This document shows positions 59,961 to 64,000 of a stretch of 64,000 nucleotides of DNA, piece after piece. The notes under the pieces are model-generated. The model was given only the letters and a program-made list of their open reading frames with translations, had not been told where the DNA came from and did not search any database. Both the position numbers and the translations under genes were made by a program. This DNA comes from Vicugna vicugna (Eukaryota): positions 1,586,364-1,650,363 of the forward strand of contig MU058065.1 in NCBI GenBank assembly GCA_013265495.1, written 5' to 3'. Numbering within the stretch: the stretch's first letter is position 1; each line of letters begins with the position of its first letter.

Positions 59961-60135
59961 GCATTCTTAGGGTGTTTAAGCTTATTAACAGTCATTAGTG
60001 AACAAACCATTTTAGTTTGCTATCCATCTATTCATCCCAGATCCTGCCACTGTGAAGGGAATGAATAACCTAAGAATCCTGTCTACCAAGGGCCCCTACC
60101 TCGACAGTGAGAATGACTGATGTCACTTTATACAG

Positions 60136-60627
60136 TGTCGACTGAAATAAATGCACAGCCTAAAAGTTGAGTTATGTTTTATTTGGCAGGAGGACTCGAG
60201 CCCGGATGACAGCCATTCAGATGGCTCTGAGGGACTGCTCCCAAGAGGGAGGGGAGGAGCTAGGTTATATAGGAGCTTTACAACAAAGACCAGGTAGATG
60301 GAACAATAAAAGATTGCTTGTTATCTAAAGAAAACCAGGCATCTCTAGTTAAAGAATTTAGTGCTTTTCTATGTATGGGAGGAAGCAAACATTTGGGCTC
60401 CCTGAATTCATTCCTTTGACAAGCACCTAGCTATCTAGGGCCAGTATCCTGTCCTTTGTTATTCTAAGTCCGATCAGAGGGCACCATTGTGAGTGGCTGC
60501 AGAGGCTGGGCTGCAGGCCTGTCCTCACTATGGGGTGGCAGCAGCCGCTTATGACTTGGTTTCAGCATTCTTTATTTACTGATATGGTTGCAGTATTTTC
60601 ATTCACACTGCAGTATTTTCCTTCACA
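60136..60627 (-). mobile_element. MER41-like ERV1 solo LTR
   Basis: TG..CA termini; minus-strand TATA-like CCTATATAAC and AATAAA; ctctgagggactgctcc..aagaatttagtgcttttctatgtatggga..aattcattccttt..gcacct..ctatctagggccagtatcct motifs recalled from artiodactyl MER41-like LTRs; flanks acag / acat. Confidence 0.75.
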
Positions 60628-61019
60628 ACATAAAGGCTTACGTGGGGGTGAGGGTGGTGCTAAACACTGTTGGTTTCCTCCTAGGTTCTGGATCTGCCAC
60701 TTAGTGGAGATGGGTTCCAAGACAGTGACCTTAGGTGCTTAACCAAAGCCTCGAATCTTGGATGCCTTCTGCAGCTCAGTCAGGCCGTTACATGAAGGAA
60801 GTAGTGTTGGGTGTGAGACAACACGGCTTGAACTGTGTACAACTAGTGTGTGCATGCCCACACAAAGGGAGTCAAATTGAGAGGGAAAAAAAAGTGCATC
60901 TGCCAAGGAAAACAGATCTAGAAGCCAAATATGACTTATCACCCTCCCATTAGCAAACTTTGGCTGTAAAGAATCTCACTTCCCATGATAATGATCAAAC
61001 CCAGAATGACATTTGTCAT

Positions 61020-61170
61020 CTTCATCTCATACACTATTTGACAGCAGTTGATGGAACATGCATTACTCCTGTCCCAATTTATTAAAATAAAACTCAGACA
61101 GATAAAGTGGCTTTCCCAAGTCAAAGAGCTAATGAATGGCAAAATCAGATTTGAGGTGGATGGTTGTCCA
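61020..61170 (-). mobile_element. MIR
   Basis: gtcccaattt..aaactcagacagataaagtggctttcccaagtcaaagagctaatgaatggcaaaatcagatttga. Confidence 0.7.
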
Positions 61171-61589
61171 AAATTACAGAAAGATGCCCAAGGAGGTGTT
61201 TTGGCAATCATACATCCGGTGGGCACACCTGCATAGACACAGACATTCATCCTGCATCAGCCACGTATGCAGAAGAAATACTACAAGGCTATATGCTCAT
61301 GTGTAGTTTTAAGTAAGATTTATTTCAGCAAATACATATTGAAAAATTTGCTATCTGCAAGGCTTTGTGGGAAAGCCAAACATGAATTGGTTGTGACTTC
61401 TGTCTTCAAAGAACTTTCAGCCTTTGGGAGAGTGCACCAAAAAAACACAGAACAAATACAACATATAGATGAATAGTTAAACATGAGTGACTGATTCAAA
61501 AGTAGGTTCTGATAACATACGCAAGAATGATGTTACATTTATCACTGCATGATGATATATCATACGTGTGTCTATATTGCATACATGTT

Positions 61590-61742
61590 ACATGTTATAT
61601 TTCTGCTCATTTGTTTCCTGATATTCCATTACACTAAAATGTAAGTTCAGTGAAGGCAAGCACTTCACATGAATATTTTTTAACGCTGTGTACCTGGCAC
61701 ATAGAAGAAAGCCAATAAATTTTTGTTGAATGAATGAATAAA
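61590..61742 (+). mobile_element. L2 3' end
   Basis: actaaaatgtaagttcagtgaaggcaag..cctggcacatagaag..caataaatttttgttgaatgaatgaat. Confidence 0.75.
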
Positions 61743-62827
61743 TTAACATACACACAATGGAAATGATTGCCTGGATGGTAACCACCAGCGCCAGGAACCT
61801 GGGTATGATGGTGTGTGTTTCCTTTTAAAACTTTTTTTTCTGCTACGTTCTGGAAAATCTACTAGGAACACGATAGGTGCAATGGCCTATTTTGCTTGGA
61901 TAACTTCCTTCGAGATTCAGTCTTTCATTGGTTTTGGTGGCTCTATTGGAGTGTCTGTTTCAAAACTTTTCCAGATGAATATTGTGGAAAGAGACCAGCT
62001 TGCCACAATTTATTGAGCACATCATATGGCATTAGGACATGTTAACAGTTTGCTTATGCAGTCGTGTGGAAAGAGCGGTGAGCCTGAATGAACAAAGTAG
62101 TTGCATCGGCCACCAAGGATACTGATTCCAGGGAAATAGAGGAGAATTTGAGGAGGAGGAAGAGGAGTATGATTACTCTTTGATTATCATTTTAATGACT
62201 TAACATTGCATTTCAAGATTATTAAAATGTCCCATTGTTTTTCTACTTTTGTAGAAAGTCTTTTCTTTTTTGCTGTTTTATTTGCCATTATCTTGGAGAT
62301 TACAGAGAGACAGAAAACCACTCAGGCATCTTAATCTTCCCCAGCATAAGCTTCTTTGCACTGCAAGTAGCTCTGTTTCACTCCAAGAAGAAAAAGATAA
62401 TTTGGTTTTTGAAAAGTTGTGGATAGAATACTTATGTCATTTATAAATACCCCTTTTTTATAAGAAACAAGGGCTTGTTGTACTTTCATCAAATTTTTTA
62501 AAAAATTAATAATATTGTTGAAGTTGGCAATCATACTTAATTCACATACAGAATGCAATTTAGAAAATCAAGTTTTGTTAGTGTTCCGTAGTATTTTTTA
62601 TTAGTTCCTTGGCATCTGCATTTGAAAGCAGGTTACAGCTCAACCCGCTTATAATTTGGATCCAAAATAAGCATTTTACATGGCTTTGCATCTGCCTGTC
62701 CCCATTGTTTACATCAAATTAGTCAGGCAGACTCTTTTCATTGGTTTGTTTTCAAGAAAACACAGAGTTGTTTGCATTTTTGCTATATTCAGATTCTTAA
62801 CAAGATCCTAGCAAAAGCTACACTCTG

Positions 62828-63182
62828 TATCTTTTTTTTTTAAGATTCCACATATAAGTGATATCATATGATAATTTACAAGCCAGAAATAGATTCACAG
62901 ACATAGAAAACAAATTTACGGTTACTAAAACCATAGGGGGAAGAGAGATAAACTAGGATTTGGGGATTAATAGATACAAATGACTATATATAAAATAGAG
63001 CAGCACTAATTGTGCAGTACAGGGAACTGTATTCAATATCTAGTAATAACCTATAATGGAAACTAATATGAAAAAGAATATATGTATGTATATATAGCTA
63101 TACATATGTATCACTGAATCACTTTGCTGTACACCTGAAACTAACACAACATTATAAATCAACTTTACTTCCATTAAAAAAA
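62828..63182 (+). mobile_element. Short L1 3' end with 5' inversion, poly-A and TSD
   Basis: Forward 3' UTR (cacagacatagaaaacaaa..gtacagggaact..actgaatcactttgctgtacacctgaaactaacacaacatt..), inverted segment 62828-62870, TSD aaaagctacactctg / aaaagctatattctg. Confidence 0.9.
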
Positions 63183-63589
63183 AAAAGCTATATTCTGAGC
63201 TCTGGACATTTGTAGTTCTTTCCTGAGTGTCTCTTTCTGTTCCTGTTGTTTCTTGAAAGATATCATACTGTAATAGGAAGCATGTCTCTTTTACGCCTTC
63301 TCTCAGACATCTGTCTCTGCCCTTAGACTCTCTGTGGCAGTGCAGGTCACAGGACCTCCTCTGTGAGCACCCAGGGGACCGTGTGGGAGGGTGTGTGGAG
63401 CGTCTGTCCCTCTCCCCCTGGGGAGAGATTCCGTTGCAATCCAAAGAGTGAACACAAGTCACCTAAGTACACGAGGGGGGAACACCTGCCTGGTGACTGG
63501 GGTGGGAGGGTTGTTTCAGACCTTTGTGGCAGCAGCAAACCATATGATGGGAGCACATCCAGGGAACTAGAGCAAAGCCCCATGGGTTG

Positions 63590-64000
63590 GTCACAAAATG
63601 CAGAGTTAGAGAAGAGTCTGGAGGTTGACGGAGAAGCCAGAGTCAGAAGGGAATTGGGGACCTCTGGCATATGGATGTCAGTTAAAGTCATTGGACCAGA
63701 TGAGAAAGAAAGGAGTCTCAGGGAGAGCTTAAGGTAGCATTACAAGTCGCCAAGATAAGGGCGAACCAGTAGAGGTGGTCACCATTCAGGAGGAAGCAGA
63801 ACCAGAGTAGAGTGTGGTCACGGAAACAAGAGATAGATGGGTTTCAAGACGGAGGGAGTGGCCACGGCCTTAATTCTGCTGAAAGGTCAAGGAAGATGTG
63901 AAGAAAGAGACTTTCCTTGCAGAGTACAGCAACATGGGTTTGTTCGTGACCTTGGCAAGTGCAGCCTCTGGGAGGTAATGGGGTCAAAAGCTCAACTGGA
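63590..64000 (-). mobile_element. L2 fragment running off the window end
   Basis: gcatatggatg..ttaaagtcattggaccagatgaga; gtgtggtcacggaaacaagag..tttcaag..tgctgaaaggtcaagga; gtgaccttggcaag. Confidence 0.65.

Overview
Mammalian genomic DNA, mostly intronic and AT-rich, containing the 5' part of DOCK10 (DOCK-D family guanine nucleotide exchange factor, GEF; also called zizimin3) on the + strand. Seven coding exons can be read directly, all with canonical GT-AG junctions. The first is an alternative exon starting MSFRGKVFKR (ATG at 1533; DOCK10.2-type N-terminus), followed by exons 2-7 (16946-57117). Spliced, they give 729 nt / 243 codons of open frame that runs into the PH domain; the next exon is not in the window. 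The rest is intron filled with old repeats (L2, MIR, MER20, MER21, MER44, MER58, MER81, old L1) and a few younger insertions: a tRNA-Ala-derived SINE resembling the camelid type, a MER41-like solo LTR, and L1 3' ends flanked by target-site duplications (TSDs). I infer an artiodactyl, probably camelid, source. I found no evidence of a new biological system. The best second-look items are the regulatory layout of the alternative first exon (two upstream ORFs, ETS/E-box motifs, an exonic STAT6-type motif), two L1 twin-priming inversions, a locally templated insertion and an LTR with a duplicated terminus. Repeat family names are from recalled consensus sequences and need Dfam/RepeatMasker confirmation.
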